Source of the DNA: Octopus vulgaris
Taxonomy: Eukaryota
DNA: 64,000 bases
Assembly (NCBI GenBank): GCA_951406725.2
Contig: OX597814.1
Location: forward strand, 43,338,001 to 43,402,000
Direction: 5' to 3'
Shown here: positions 26,400 through 42,587 of the stretch, one piece after another
Position numbering within the stretch: position 1 is the stretch's first letter
How the letters are laid out: every line of letters begins with the position of its first letter
Position numbers and translations under genes: made by a program
The notes under the pieces: model-generated
What the model was told of the DNA's origin: nothing
The model's database searches: none
What the model saw: only the letters and a program-made list of their open reading frames with translations

Positions 26400-28020
26400 C
26401 TACCACTACATCAGAATTTCTTCTACCAATACTGCATTCCCAAGTGGTTTCATAAATCATTCGCTCAGTTCCTCGATTATTTCTATGTTTTTTTTTGCCC
26501 CATAATACATCATAGCCGTTAACAATATGCTGAGTTACGTGAGTGTAATGTTCCGTGAAATTAAGATCAACAAAAAAGTATACCATCTCGATGAACACGC
26601 TTTTTCTGAAAACGACTCAGACAGCATCTGGTGCCTTATTGTAATATTCAGGTTATGCTCACATGCATTTACATGCTAAAGCCGGACGTTAGAATAAAGG
26701 AAAATACAAGAAAAGTTAAGAAGACTGATTGAAAAGGTGAAATGTTGAAAACACCGGAAATAACATGGAAAATGTAAAAGGATAAAGGAAAAAGAAAAAA
26801 GGATGTTATTTCCGTTTTGACCGTAAATGCATAACTCGGCTGAATGAATTGGGTTCTGGTGTCTACGATACAGCCGCCCAACCAGAATTGAAATTCTGCA
26901 GACTTTCAACGATGTCTTCTACACCACTATACAGAGTGTTGTCTTCATCAACAGGTGAGATAGAGAACTTATGCTTTTGGGCGAATGGGAAGAACACTTT
27001 AGGTTTGATTTTATTTTCTGAATGGCCCAGTTTTCTGCTATTTTTGACTATCGATGACAGACGGCATGTACTTTTGAAGATATTGTAACCTTACATCTGT
27101 CATTTGGAGGTGGGGGTACAGCCGGCGCTATTTTAGCCTGTTCGTGTTTAGATTAACCGTATTTATTTTTCTTAAACTCATTTTCTGTTATGTGTTTGCG
27201 TGGATTTAGTTCTGCTCACAGAGTATAGGGGAGTGTAGTGTGAACATATATTTATGAAAATGTCCACAAACAGCTACTAGGATGTACTGATATACTTTGG
27301 GGTGAGGTTGTGTGTGAAAGACCAATCAACGAATGAGTGATTGTCTTCCAGTTAACATTGTGAAGATACGTGATTTCAGCAGAGTGAGCTAAATTGAGAT
27401 CGTTCGGTGTCATATTTGAGTTCTGTACTCTTAGGCTACAGAAAATCATATTTCGATATGAAAGCAGTGCTTTATCAAGTGTGATAATATGGACAGTATG
27501 GTTAATTAACACCAAGCCCAATGTATTTTTGGCTGACTCTTGCTGACACAAGCACGAGCCGTGACAGAGAAAACATTGACCATGAATTTTGAATACTGAT
27601 TTCATTGCTGCTTTTTCTGTGATTGAAATGTACTGACCTGTTTTCAAGCTATTGGCAGATCAGTTAAGGGGAAACTGGAAAGCTGTCCAGAATTAAAATA
27701 TTACCGGATTGGCACTGGTTTAATAATTGACTAATTATTTGTGATGCATTATCATTTGGAACACCGTAGTGGCGTTATGGATGGTTTGTAGCGTCCAATT
27801 TTTGCTAAATCATTAATTTTGTTATACACAGATTGTGATTGTCATTAGCCATTGCAGAATGACATATTTGTATCAACGGTGAATGGATCGTGAAGAAAAA
27901 TACCAAATCCACCATTTGTTCTACCGGTGCGGTCTATATTTTTGGATTTCTTTTAGGGTGATTTAAGGGGTTGTAGACTGTAGACATTTTGTTTAGATTT
28001 GCTTGAATTTGATTATATTG
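26400..28020 (-). mobile_element. Old LINE remnant (APE endonuclease to RT start)
   Basis: GGFGIFLH, KNTLGLVLIN and YNKAPD motifs in order on the minus strand; many stops. Confidence 0.5.
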
Positions 28021-28105
28021 AGGCAATGGGGATTAGAGAGAGAGAGATATCATGAGATTGGAGACACTGGTAGAATAGAAAGTATAGGTGAGGGTTAGAC
28101 ACTGA

Positions 28106-28106
<1 letters not shown>

Positions 28107-28183
<77 letters not shown>

Positions 28184-28201
28184 CAGCAGCAGCAGCAGTA
28201 A

Positions 28202-28246
<45 letters not shown>
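28107..28246. repeat. (TAG)n/(CAG)n microsatellite
   Basis: Directly visible. Confidence 0.95.
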
Positions 28247-28826
28247 ATTGTGAGGGTAATGATGTCGATGATGATTGTGGGAAGTATATTGTCATAAAGT
28301 GGCTTAAAGATCCTTTGCTGTTGTTGTGGTCATCGTTTCAATTACTGTTGCTGTCGTGATGTTGCTGCAGATGTAGTTGTTGTAGTCGTTGGCGTGGCTG
28401 CTCATCGCGTTCTGCAGTAAGTAGACAGGTTTAAGCGAGTTTATCCGTGGTTAATTACGGTGCGATATGAACTTGCCGTTTGATTCAGTTTCATTTCCCT
28501 TTGGATTTATTTTTCTCTTGGAAGATATTAAAAAGTTGATCTACTCTTTTGGCAAAGGGATTTAAACATGAGGCATGCAAGTTTTAATATTAAGAAAAAA
28601 ACTGAGATTATTGATCTCACTTTGAGATCCGTTGCAATTTTTGTAGACGTCGTGTATCGGCATTAAGGTGTTACTTTATGTCTGCTGTTCATGTCGTTGC
28701 TGTGGTCTCCTTTTGATTCTTTATCATTTTTTTGAAATTTAATTTCTCTTGAGTTGCTTATCATGCCGAAATAGACAAAATATTTCAGTTGATTTCGATT
28801 AGCCTGTGCGAAAATGGAAAATATAT

Positions 28827-29590
<764 letters not shown>

Positions 29591-29959
29591 GTAATAATTA
29601 ACAACAAGAAATAAGCAAAATACATAGTCTATGGATACTATATGGAAATAGTTAATGATATTATTGTACTTTTTAGTGTTGAAAAGCTTGTAGTTAATGT
29701 ATTTTGTAAAATTAGGATGTATTTTGTAAAGGAAATATATATAGTTGCGAATGTTTGACTACAGGATATTGTGTGCTTACGAAATAACCCAAAATATATA
29801 GAATTTCACGATTCGAAATAATGGAGATACATGCTGGCTCTGTAGCATGCATGCTGAAAAACAGCTTAAGAAAACCTGTCTCTGCAGTTCGATATACATG
29901 CATACATACATACATACATATGTAAATATATATATATATATATCTACACAAACACACAC

Positions 29960-30014
<55 letters not shown>

Positions 30015-30186
30015 TATATAAGTATATATATATATATATTCACATATACACATACACACACGTCTATATAGTTCCATATATTAATATATTTCTAAAACGG
30101 ACCAAATAGTTCGCGCAGAAGATATTTGCGAAGATACCATTAATTCTATTATCACTTAGGATAAAATCATTAAAAATGACAACAGA

Positions 30187-30240
<54 letters not shown>

Positions 30241-30821
30241 AGAGAGAAAGACAGAGAGAGAGACATACGTACACATATATATGTGTATATTTATGCATGC
30301 ATGTATGTAGGCATGTGAGTGCCAAGCATCCATAATGGGATTAGAACATAAAGCAAGAATGTAGTCCTGACACACACCATTCTCACTCTTTTATGAGTCC
30401 TTTTCTATCCTGTGTTTGCTCTCATCATTGCTAATTCACAAGAGAAAATATTTATAATAATATTTCCCTTTCATTTTGTGAGAAAATGCCTCCTGTGACT
30501 CTCTTAAATGCTTAACCAAATCCAAAATCTTCAGAGTCTTTACGTTTTCAGTTTTTATCTTTATAATGTTCTGACGTCATACTCAGATACTTCTCACATA
30601 CAACATGTTTATTTCGCCTTTAATACAGACCACATAGATTACGTTTCAACATCATCGGGGAAATCATTTCAAGCATTGATGATGACAATCAAATAAACAC
30701 ATTTAAACCCGCGAATATGCTCCACTTTGGGCTGGAAATAATGCAAATACTGAAAACAATTTCAGATTGGGTAAACAGATTGCCTGAAATTCATTTGGTA
30801 CAGCAAAAACTAATCTGATTA

Positions 30822-31440
<619 letters not shown>

Positions 31441-31699
31441 CAACAGCAACATTAAATATAATAAGAATAAGAGTAACATGTTTTGTGTGTATATATGGAA
31501 GATTATACAAACGTGCGATACAAAAAGGGTTACATGAAAGGAGAAACATGCTTTTAAAATATCGGATATTGGTTAGGATTTAGCCCTTTGCAATATATTC
31601 AGTTAAAGCGTTAGTTCTAAAAACTCATGTAAATGCCAATAATTCAAATTCTTTCATGTGACGTGTAAGCATCTGCTACATAAATAGTTCGTGTCAGCG

Positions 31700-32100
31700 T
31701 ACCCAATGACCACAGTATATCGGATGCCATGAGTTTATTCTGTTGAAACGTTAAGTCCCATGTATCAATTGGAGTGTGATTCAGTAGTTCTACACAATCT
31801 TGAAGATATTAATTTCCTCTCAAATAGGGTTTATTCTTTACTGTCTATTCACTCTCCAATCTACATATTATTTCATTTGGCCTTCTCCGGCTTCAGCGGA
31901 TTCCACCACTAATTTTTTCTGTTGTGGATTAGTGTGAATTGAAGACATCACTTACGAATATTCTCGCTTCATACATTTGTCTAGATCTATTCATTTTTAG
32001 TCCCTATTTATGTTTGTTTCCCAAGTTTCAAGAGCTCTTTCTCTTGTCCTTCGTTCTAAGTAATTAGCGTTCTGGTCGACTTCTGCATCTGCTATTGTTG
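31700..32100 (-). mobile_element. Degenerate RTE-like LINE RT C-terminal fragment
   Basis: GLKMNRS-like and downstream TW-like motifs on the minus strand; multiple stops. Confidence 0.4.
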
Positions 32101-33173
32101 ACACAGAGACAAAGAGCACTAAGTGCATGAGCTCTGAACCTATCATGAATGGTGCATTTGAAGCAATGTACCTGCAGCAATGAATTTCATCTTTGGGTCA
32201 CACTGTCGTCGTGGTTTTAACCTGTGCTGATATGATCAATCCTATGGTCTCTCATTTTTCTTCCCACTAATGCCTACAATTCATCAATAAGTCATTCAAT
32301 ATTCGTTAAAAGGTACTTCCTACACCCAAAACTCCATCCCTGATCTCTAACGCTAGAGAGGAGGATGCGCAGCTGGTATATTTCCAAGAGCAAAAGAGTC
32401 AATGAAGAAGGTAGAATATCGAATACCAAACAGCTAAACAGCTACTTCATAAGAATGTAGTTACAGCAGTAAATACGATGCATGTTCTGTTAAAGGAAGA
32501 TATCAATTTGATCTCGTCTCAAAAGCTGAAGACACTTAAGTATCCTCGACAGATGTATCACTCTATTACTATAGTAGTCATTGTTGTTCTTATTGTTATT
32601 ACTGCTGTTAAATTGCATTCTGTAGGCGTAAATCCGTGAGCTCCTCCTATGTTGAATTCGCCGAGTGTTTGGAAATTGTACTTTTAGTTGCAAACAAGAG
32701 CATAAGAAATATATACTCCATAAACAATGTGCAAATTTAATTGTAAGAATCATTCCTTTTCCCTTTTGGGGAAATATATATTTTTTTTATAGAGAAAATA
32801 TTTTCATGTAGATATAAATTCACGAAATGGCGTCCTCGAGCGGGAACGCCTCCAAAATCTTGAACTATAACAAACGTATTTCTGCAGGAAGTCAATAAAA
32901 CATGAAACAATAACATAATACGGAGTACAATACTTTTCTGAGGTAAAGATAAAGCGTAAATAAAAAGAAATATGACTTGTCTATCTATATTAACGTTAAG
33001 AGTTGTTTTAATGGTTTACTTAGTTATAAGTACACGTAAAATATTCCATGCAAAAATTTGAAATATAGAAGTGATTTTGCGAGTACTTATTTCAATAAAG
33101 ACATTTTAATATTGGTAATATTTGTTTCGGAATATGTGTGGCGGCATTATAACACAAAACTGTTTCGACTTAC

Positions 33174-33247
33174 CTGAGGATACATCCAACAAAGAATGAA
33201 GTTAAAATAAGACCACATTCTCCATATCTACGTAAGAGCCTATGCAT
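33174..33247 (-). CDS. Candidate first coding exon encoding a signal-peptide-like sequence
   Basis: caaaATG context; MHRLLRRYGECGLILTSFFVGCIL; strong donor CAG|GTAAGT; no convincing partner exon found. Confidence 0.3.
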
Positions 33248-33355
33248 TTTGTGAAGACGATCGCAGACGTACAGTATTTGTACGTGTATGTATGCACACA
33301 TACCTACATAATAAATATGTCTGTCTATTTGTTTGTGTGTGTGTTGTGTGTGTGT

Positions 33356-33400
<45 letters not shown>

Positions 33401-34389
33401 CGTGCGTTCGTGTATACAAATGATCTACAGTTCTTTTAGTTTTAATGTAAACCAAAAATCTGGTGACATGTAAAGTCTGTAAACCTACTTTTATTGCTCC
33501 GGGTCTCCTCTCTATCCCTATTTTATAATAACCATATCCTCACAATCGTTTCCTCTGACCACAACAATGGATTTATTAAATAGCTGACACCGCATTTCCT
33601 TGGCTGCAATATCTTTAGGTTTCAGAAGCGTTTAGAGGCTAAGCTATCACACTCACCATTTTCAGTAGTAACATTTATACTACTATGTGCAGGATATTCA
33701 TTCTATAATATTATTTTTAGTATTTATGAATATTTTCCCATCATTCAGTTATCGCACTTTCGCACAATATAGAACATAGTGTACACACACACATACACAC
33801 CCATATATGTGCCCACGCGCGCGCGCGTGTGTGTATGTGTAAGTTTTTCTACTAATTTCGTATGGAATTCATAGACAGCAGATAAAGTTACGAGATTTCG
33901 TATATAGATACGTCTATGTAAACAATATATAAAATAAATAGGTCGTGTGTGTATATTTATATTTCAAGAGTTATTGCTCTTTCATTAGTAACACATCCAA
34001 CCCACCAAATATCAACGAAGACTTATAACCCGTCAGCTATCCATGAACGCAATGATTAAATAGGCATTAAGTTTATCAGTGTAACATTATTAGATCGACC
34101 AATTTACATATCAAACACATTTCTGGCAACTTGTGCTTAAATATTAATTTATGGCGACTGCATAGTATTTCTCTTCCCAACATAATAATATACTTCCGAG
34201 TATATTAAACCTTTACAAGTCAATATGGTATCTTACATGTCCGTTAGCAGTGCGGTGTACTCAGTTTTGTGTATGTCTAAGATTTTCTATAAAATTTCGA
34301 GCCAGCACTAAAAGTTACAATGATTTTGTATACGAATACGTCTATGAAGACAATGTGATCTATTAGAATGGTTGTATACTGTCAATCTA

Positions 34390-36540
34390 ACAAGAACGTG
34401 ACAGTAGGGGGTACACCACCGCTGTATAGCCCTAGGAAGCATCGAACGCCTCCTGATAGCTTTGACACATTTTTTCCCTGTGTCCTTATATACATATACG
34501 AAGGGGAGACAAACACCCCCAGCCGCCGGAACTGCATCTAGGGACAGCGTGTTTCAGGATCATTGTCCTTCATCGGCCTAGAGTAGCAGACACCGGTCAG
34601 CTGGTGATATTTGCCTCGACTTCGTAATTGTATATATGTATACGCAGATTGTTATGGGTTTAGTCTTACGTGTGTATGTTCCTGTAAAAGTTGTAGAAGT
34701 TATTTGGTAGTTCTTTAGGATGGATACGTATTGATTGGGCTTTGATGTTCTGTGGTTATGCTGCTATATTACGTTGTCGATAGTGGATGGAACTTCATGT
34801 TGATGCATTCTCTCAAGAGCTCAGTCTTATTGTTCAGTTGCATATTGTGTTAAACCCTGAATTGTAACCAGATAATCTCAGGCAAAGTACATATCTCTTT
34901 GTTATTCTGATATACAGCCTGGACCTACCAAGCATTTTCCATTTGATGATATATGGTATTCCTTTATTAGTTTGCGGACTCACTTTGCAAGAGCCGTTGT
35001 CGTTTTCTTTTTTTCTTCTTTTTGGATGTTTAAAGGATGCGATATCTGAGTAGTACTTAAAACGGTTTTAAACCATACCATCGTATTTTTCTCCTATTTT
35101 CTGTCTTCTTGGTTTCAATAGTTGTAGCGTTCACTACACTATACACTCTATGCTTCACTTGACATTCTTGTCATATCGAGTGTTATACTTTATTCTGAGC
35201 AACACCTCATATTTTTTTCGGGTTTGACTTCCTGGGTGATTTTTAACTTCATGGAAGGTCCGGCGGTATAGCGGATTTTCATTTAATTCCTACTGAATAT
35301 ATACCTAGTCTTATGTTGGTTGAGTTGAGTGGCATAAATCATTTCTATTAAGATTAATAAATTTATATCGATTTATTTTTCTAATATAAGGAGAAGGGAG
35401 GTGGAGCCAAATAATTTTCCTACATCTGTTTTGTGTTTATGTCCTGGTTTAGGGCTACACATGTATTTAATTTTATCTTAAATCTGCTATTTCAGCTGTT
35501 TAAATCAAATATTTGTTTAAAAGGAAATAAGCTGCAGATCCTGTGGCTCATATCGGGGCTTGGTTTTTAAATACTAACTGCGAGAGGAATGACCCTCTAT
35601 TCATATATCTTAGCTTTTCATTCGGTATATTGTACGGTTTATAAGCACATGTGGGTCATCAACTAGGAAATTAGTATTTGCTAGGATAATGTATTCTTTA
35701 TATTCCTACCTAAATTGGTAATAGTCTTAGGCCATTACCGAATACATCCATGGAATATTTGTTGCAATTTTGTAAAATAACTAAAATATAATCGCGGTAA
35801 AGGTCAATGGTGTAAGTGAAGAATTTTTCTGAAAGTTTATCAAGGATAAATATTCCGATCACTTCTCACGCATCATCGCACTCGTACCATCCCATTGCGA
35901 TAACAAAGGCACCTTCTGAATTTATTTTTCAAACCAGTAGATTCGTTATTAAATAGGAGGGTCTTTCGGGCGTGCATAATTAAATTGAATACTTGGTCAC
36001 TGATAGGACCAAGCCTACGGTAAAAACCTAAAGATTTATCTAGTAAGGGTCTAGTAACTAAGGGTTAAAATTCAGTCGAGAATAGCATCATGTCAAGTTA
36101 TTACAGCAGATGTGTTATTCCACAGAACTACGTACATTTATGTCTCTTAAAATCTTCTTACTGGCTAATTAATTTAGAGACGAATCTGCTGTTGAAATCT
36201 TGTTTATGATCGCTTGGCAACCTATAAACATTACGTTTAGTAAGACATCCAATTCTCTTAATTATCTTTAAGGTTCTGACGACATCTCTGCATTTATCAT
36301 TAAAGTATGTAATATTTTAGCTAGAATATCATGTAAGAGCTTGTTATATTTATCGTTAGCAACTACAAATAAGATTTAATTTTTTTCTGTAAAGACGGAT
36401 ATGTTTCTAGACGATTTTGGTTTCTGTAATTCGTTTGAGAGATTAGTTCGGGATTTGATACTGTTGATCATAACTTTTTGGTCTGCTTCGAATGGTAACA
36501 GGTACGTATATGCACGATTTTATATTATAATATTCGATGC
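34390..36540 (-). mobile_element. Penelope-like element (RT + GIY-YIG + 3' hammerhead), degenerate
   Basis: FVIAMGWYE, LYRD, YKPYNIPNEKLRYMN and SFKHPKKKKKTTTALAK motifs in the expected order. Confidence 0.8.
34538..34581 (-). ncRNA. Type I hammerhead motif with CCGATGA core
   Basis: ctagg-CCGATGA-agga-caatga-tcct-GAAAC-acgct-GTC-cctag. Confidence 0.7.
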
Positions 36541-39310
36541 AACTGGGATTATCTCTTTTACGTGGAATGACTGATGGGAACACTATCAATCATTTGGTAA
36601 GAATGGCACTTTCCAGCTAGTCAAGTAAAGCACTCTAAAGAGATAAAAGCATGTACCACCAAAATATAAATTCATAAGAGAATGAATACTACACCAAAAA
36701 TATACCAAGACCGAGTAGTATGAATTACACCAAAACACAGACTGATAATGTGGAAGATGTGTGAAGAATGAGATTGAAGGTACATCTTATTAACTGGATA
36801 TATATATATATATAGATTCTATCTATCAATGTGTGTGCGTGAATGTATGTGTGCTTATACACACAGATTCACACACACAGAGGCACAGACATGTTTAACA
36901 AACAGTGTATTTTGACGATTGTCAAAATTGTCGATAATGATTTAATGGAGGCGCGTAGATAAGTTTTAAGTAATCAGTTCGCTAAACTTTTAATGGTTTT
37001 TAAATGGTTTAAATGTACCCATGCCTAGTCACGGACAAAGCTGTTGCTCACTCTCTTTACTTTCCATGAGTAAACACTGTTGCTGTTTCATGTAGAAATC
37101 TAGGCGGGTGGTGTCACAGTCATCACTGTGACAATAAATATTGGCAATGGTTTAAACTTTGGAGACATTTATTTTCTACTCATATGTCACAATGTGCACG
37201 CGTGCCACATCACAAATGTGTGTACAGCAAATGTGCGGTAGTCTACATTTTGTTTTTATTACACAAATAAGATAAACGTAAATGCAAAATTATTTGAACA
37301 AGGATTTCTGCCATTTGTTTTCTGAGATTATATTCTGATAATAATAAAATATTCTGACAGGTCTAAAGACGAACCCCTCCTTTAACATTCACATACTACG
37401 AAACGCAATGTAAACTGATACATTTCATGAATAAATTAACCATCATTTTCCTGTGTCATTCTGATACATCTTTCTGATACAGACATTTTCTGGGGATTTC
37501 TGATATATTTTAACAGATATTTGGCTTCCTGATATAGACCTTTCTTGTAACTAAAGTTTTACTACAAAAAAAAAAAAAAGTAAAACAGTTAACATGTTTA
37601 TCAAGGCTGATATGGGGGAAAATGTTGAATATACTGAAATTTGATGCTTCAACATTATAAAATGCACACAGGCAATTGACAACAAAATATTATATTAAAT
37701 AGACTGAAGCACTTCCACCTATGGATATACAATTATCCACACATTATTATAAGTGTATATCGCAGGTTAACATAAGAAAACCACTAAATATACTTAAATT
37801 TAACTTATAAAAAAACTTGTCGGCTCACCACAACAAAAGCAGCAACAAATTGGCCACATCGATACAAAGCTCACAGCAACAGAAAACAACCAAAAGATAT
37901 TCAGGGATGACAGCAGTCCTCCGAGACACGGACGGACAGAAGACACGACCGGCAAGTCACAAGACAAAACAACACCCGTCCCAGATGCAAACCGGAAATG
38001 ACCCATCCCCGACAAGCCGCAAAACCAAAGCCAAACAATAACATAGCAACAAACTTATAGGTGGAGATAACAAGCAGAACACAAACTTGTTTTCAATTCT
38101 CGTAGTTCACAAAAATGGCTGCTCAGTCTACAAACCCGTTATATAGTACATGTCATCGTGTATTTGCTATATATACATGTGCGTGTTTGTATGTGCATGT
38201 ACACAAGACATTAAAATAAAATGTAGAATTATATCTACATAGTTTTTTTCTGCGCATATACACGCATACATACGTAAATACATACAAACCCTGTAAGTGA
38301 TGTTGAAATTCCAATGAAGGAGCCTTGGATCTAGGTTAGAAACTGGCTATTTATTAGCAAGAAATTTTGAAATAAAACTGATCAATGATATACATACATA
38401 TATACATACATGCATACATACATCCATACATACATACATACATACATACATGCATACAAACATACATACACATATACATATCTGTGTTGGTGTTTATATT
38501 TGTGTTCGTGTACTTCGGCGGACGTGACAGGTCTACATGCATATTACATCCACGTGGAAGTGAATGACTGGGATTTTTAAATGGATCGACATAACTCTTT
38601 ACCTTTAGGCTTGGTGTATTTGCAACTAACGTTAGAGTGAATAATTATAGGATTTATAAGCATACGTGTGATAGAAATCAAAATGAAACCAGAATGGTTT
38701 CTTAAACGATGTATTATAGTTGGATGACTTGTGAACGTATCCAATAGGTTTGGTAACTAGAAATCAGCGCATTATAGATCATGGAGTGAATTTGATGAGA
38801 ATAAGCGAAACGACGTATCAAATGTATATATTCAGTTGTGAATTTATTATTTTAGCACGTACTTGTAATTGGTTTCAAGAATGTAGCAATATAGATTGTG
38901 AATGTGAAGGTATACAATAATGAGGTATTTGAGCAAAATGTGATTATGAAATGTCCATGAGATTTCTAAGTTATTAAAAATATAAATGAAGTGAGCTGAC
39001 GTCAAAAGAAGAAAACTAAAGCGGAATTGAAAAACAGTGCGTCGACTCGCTCTAACGCACTCTCAACTGAGTTATTATACAAATGTCAATGATCAGATCA
39101 AGTTTATAAATATATCTATAAATCATTTTACAGAGACACCTTCTATAAAAAAAAATATCGAATGTGAATATCATCTACACGAAATTGGTTGTTGAACATC
39201 AACGATGTTAACATCACCGAACTATATCCTTTAAAAATATAACTAAACGATATAAGTTCAAAACACTTCTAGTGATCCGTGTATGCATATACATATACAT
39301 ATATATATAC

Positions 39311-39373
<63 letters not shown>

Positions 39374-40059
39374 TTTTTGTGTGTGCGCGCGTGTGTATGT
39401 GTGTGTATGTTTGTGTGTGACATATGTAAGCTTTGCAGGATTGCATTTCTACACCTATGGATATGGTGCAATCGACTTTATAATTGGCAATACTTATCAA
39501 ATTGTTTGAGTGAGATCGGTGCTGGTGTGAAATGTTTACAAACGTTGACATTCTTCAAACGTGCGAGATGGTATATTGGAAAACTTTTTAAATGAATGCT
39601 TTAAGGACCCTTGCCAGTAATATCTTCTTTAAGGAACACATATTTTCATTATGCACTCTTCTTTAAACTAATGTTATACTTCCTTATAGTCCCTGGTTTC
39701 TTTGCTTTTGCTACACTAATGATTAACGTTTGTGTGTGCCTGTATGTGTATGTTGTGTGTATGAGTATATGTGTGTGTGTGAGTGTGCGCGTTTGTGCAC
39801 CATAACACATTCGATTAAAGATTTACTATTTGCAGAGTCATATCTGGGTGTATGTAATTTAACTGGACTTTGTTGGAAATGTTCGTGCAGGAACCTTTCG
39901 AATGTTATTAGGCATGTTTCTTCTCATATCTGTCTTCATGTGATATTAAAGAGAGCAGCGCCAGTTGAGGTGAAATGCTGCTGTCTTAGAGTTGTGATGT
40001 GAGGCGACGAGGATTTCTGTAGATGAATTACACGGGGACCAAGTCTTGGGTGTATTTTA

Positions 40060-40900
40060 AAGTTGATGCCAGAATAATTTGGGCAATGTTGTTGGAATAG
40101 TTTACACATCATACAAATGATATAGCGCACACAATGCGGTTGGAGAGAAGAAAGTCATATGGTATATTTCTATTGTGATGAATCTCTGGGATGCGTCAAT
40201 GTTTGTGTTTTGCATCGTGTAGGTAGACCACAGCTCGCTACAGTATTCAAGGTGAGGGCAGGTGAAGGTGGAGAAGAGAATGAAAATAGCAGGAGCGTCT
40301 TTTGAACTAAAAGCTCTAAAGTATCCAGAAGCACCTGCTTGCCATGTCGACTTTAAATTATTGTCGACAGTTACTCCGAGGTCCCTAGCGGTGTTTGAAT
40401 CCACGAGGGTTTTACCCGATGGAAGAGTCTAAGTCAGCTGTAGTGCATCCTCTTTACTGAAGTAGATTAATTCAAATTTATTCTTGCGTACTAGCATATT
40501 GTTTTTCTACCCATTAGATAACAGCGAGCAGATCCTATTGGAGATTAGCCCGTTTTTCCCCCACATCACTGTACCTTCACAAGTTTTGAATCAACCACGA
40601 AAATTCTAATGCTACTGTGTTTGATTGCGTCAATGATGGAATTGAAGTACATATTGAAATATGGTGACGCGTGGGACTCCACTGATAACTCTTGCTAAGC
40701 TATATCGAACACCATTCTATTACAACATGCTGTATTCTGTTCACCACAAAATATTTAATACACTATAATAGTTTCCATTGTACACTAGCATTGGATAGAG
40801 TCTATCATTGTATATTGTTGTCAACATTGTCGAAGGCCTTGCTCAACAAGGGAGCTAGCTGCTACCGCCTCCAAACGATGGAATCAGTATAGCAACTGGC
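40060..40900 (-). mobile_element. Degenerate CR1/L2-like LINE RT
   Basis: KAFD, VISGVP, RDLGVTVDNNLK, PHLEYCSELWS. Confidence 0.8.
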
Positions 40901-40984
40901 TTCGAGCTATTTTCTGCCTATCGTCAGTACTGGGCACCACGTCTGCTAGAGATGACAGTAACATCTGTTTAAACGGAACAGGCA

Positions 40985-41110
40985 AATCCAGCCAAAATAC
41001 TTTGGTAGGCCTGAGGCTATAGTAGAAGACACTTTCCCAATTTCCACGCACTAAGTCTGAACCCGGAACTGTGTGATGGAAGCAGACTTCTCACCACACA
41101 GCCACGCCTG
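40985..41110 (-). mobile_element. Family B SINE 5' half
   Basis: Matches 5999-6134 (aggctatagtagaagacac...cccggaac). Confidence 0.75.
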
Positions 41111-42587
41111 TATAATATTATAAAACAATAATGCAATAATAATATCATTATTGTTGTGTGAGTTTGACAAAAGGATAAATGATGAATTAAAGTCTATTTA
41201 CGTGATATCAACAATCAACTAACAATTCATCGACAATAGCAGCATAAAAACACAGAAAAGCAAAGAAATAAAAAAATAGTTCCCCGTCATTTATATATAA
41301 AACATATTCACAGGAACCATCCTGATTTGGAGTACAAAATATGGAGAAACCGTGCAAGTGAGGAAACAATTGTAAGTTGCAATATGTTATGAAACAAAAG
41401 ATCTATTCATTGAGCCTTGCTGTGAGTAGATATTGTATTGCATATATTGTAGCATCACAGTGATCAGACAGTGTGTTGTTGGAGGAAAGTCTTTAATTTA
41501 GAATTTCAGGAGGATTCTCTGGTCCCATTCGTTCAATTCTATTTAAACAGTCGATGGATGTGCAATACGAATCTGAAACACAATATCATGAGCGAAACAA
41601 GGGAGAATTGTTATTTATAAAAACTTATAATTGATCAAGATCCGCAATTTTAAATGATAAATTTCAAAGATAATGAAGGTGGCCAAACTTCAAAACATCA
41701 TTATGAGAGTAAAACAATTGCACAACTAGTGAAGAGACTATGTAAAATCATGTGCTATGTAGTAATTTTGAGATACAAAGTCGCTAGCCCCTGGAGAACT
41801 GCTTAATATGTAAACGTCATAAGATTTATTTTTCAGAGAAAGTGCCACAGCTTTTCAGTTTCTTTGCAATTGTAAAGATACAAACACCAGGTCTCTAGAA
41901 TTATTTTTCTCACATTTCCGTTTCTTTTTTTTTTCTTTTTTTCTTTTGTTAAAATTTGAGATGTATGCTAATATGGAGAATAAGTGCTAAAAGAAAGACT
42001 CTGAATTGAGGCAGTGTTTCCTTTCAAGTGATATTACAGCATAATGATATGAGCCTGGTATATATGTAGCTGGAAGCTTTGTCATTCCCTTCTGTCTAAA
42101 TATAATCCATTATAGTAATTTGGGGCTAGTTTCAATATATCCTCCATAGACTTCGGAAGTAACATTCAAATGAATGCCAATTATTTAACTTATCATTTCC
42201 ACACACTTCAACTCATGTTTACTACGTAGATTTTAAATTATACTATCAAGATTTACAAATAGTTAGGTCATATGATACATGGTAATCATCTGGTGTTATA
42301 TTATTGAACGTGTATATCGTCAGAATTTGGATTTAACGCAAGATTCTTTATTTCAAATTAACTTAGTAAAATTTTTATCGACGCATTCGCCAATCTTGAT
42401 TTCAGACCAACGACCTGCTAGCGATAATCCAGATGGTTTTGTAACTAGCACATTAGAAGCAGGCCACGTATAGTTAGGAAAGTGATAAATATTATTGAAA
42501 CACAATAATATGTGACTTGCAGAAAGATTCGTCTACGGAAATACTTGATGCGTCACTGGGAAGCAATGAAATTCTTAATTATTCTCA

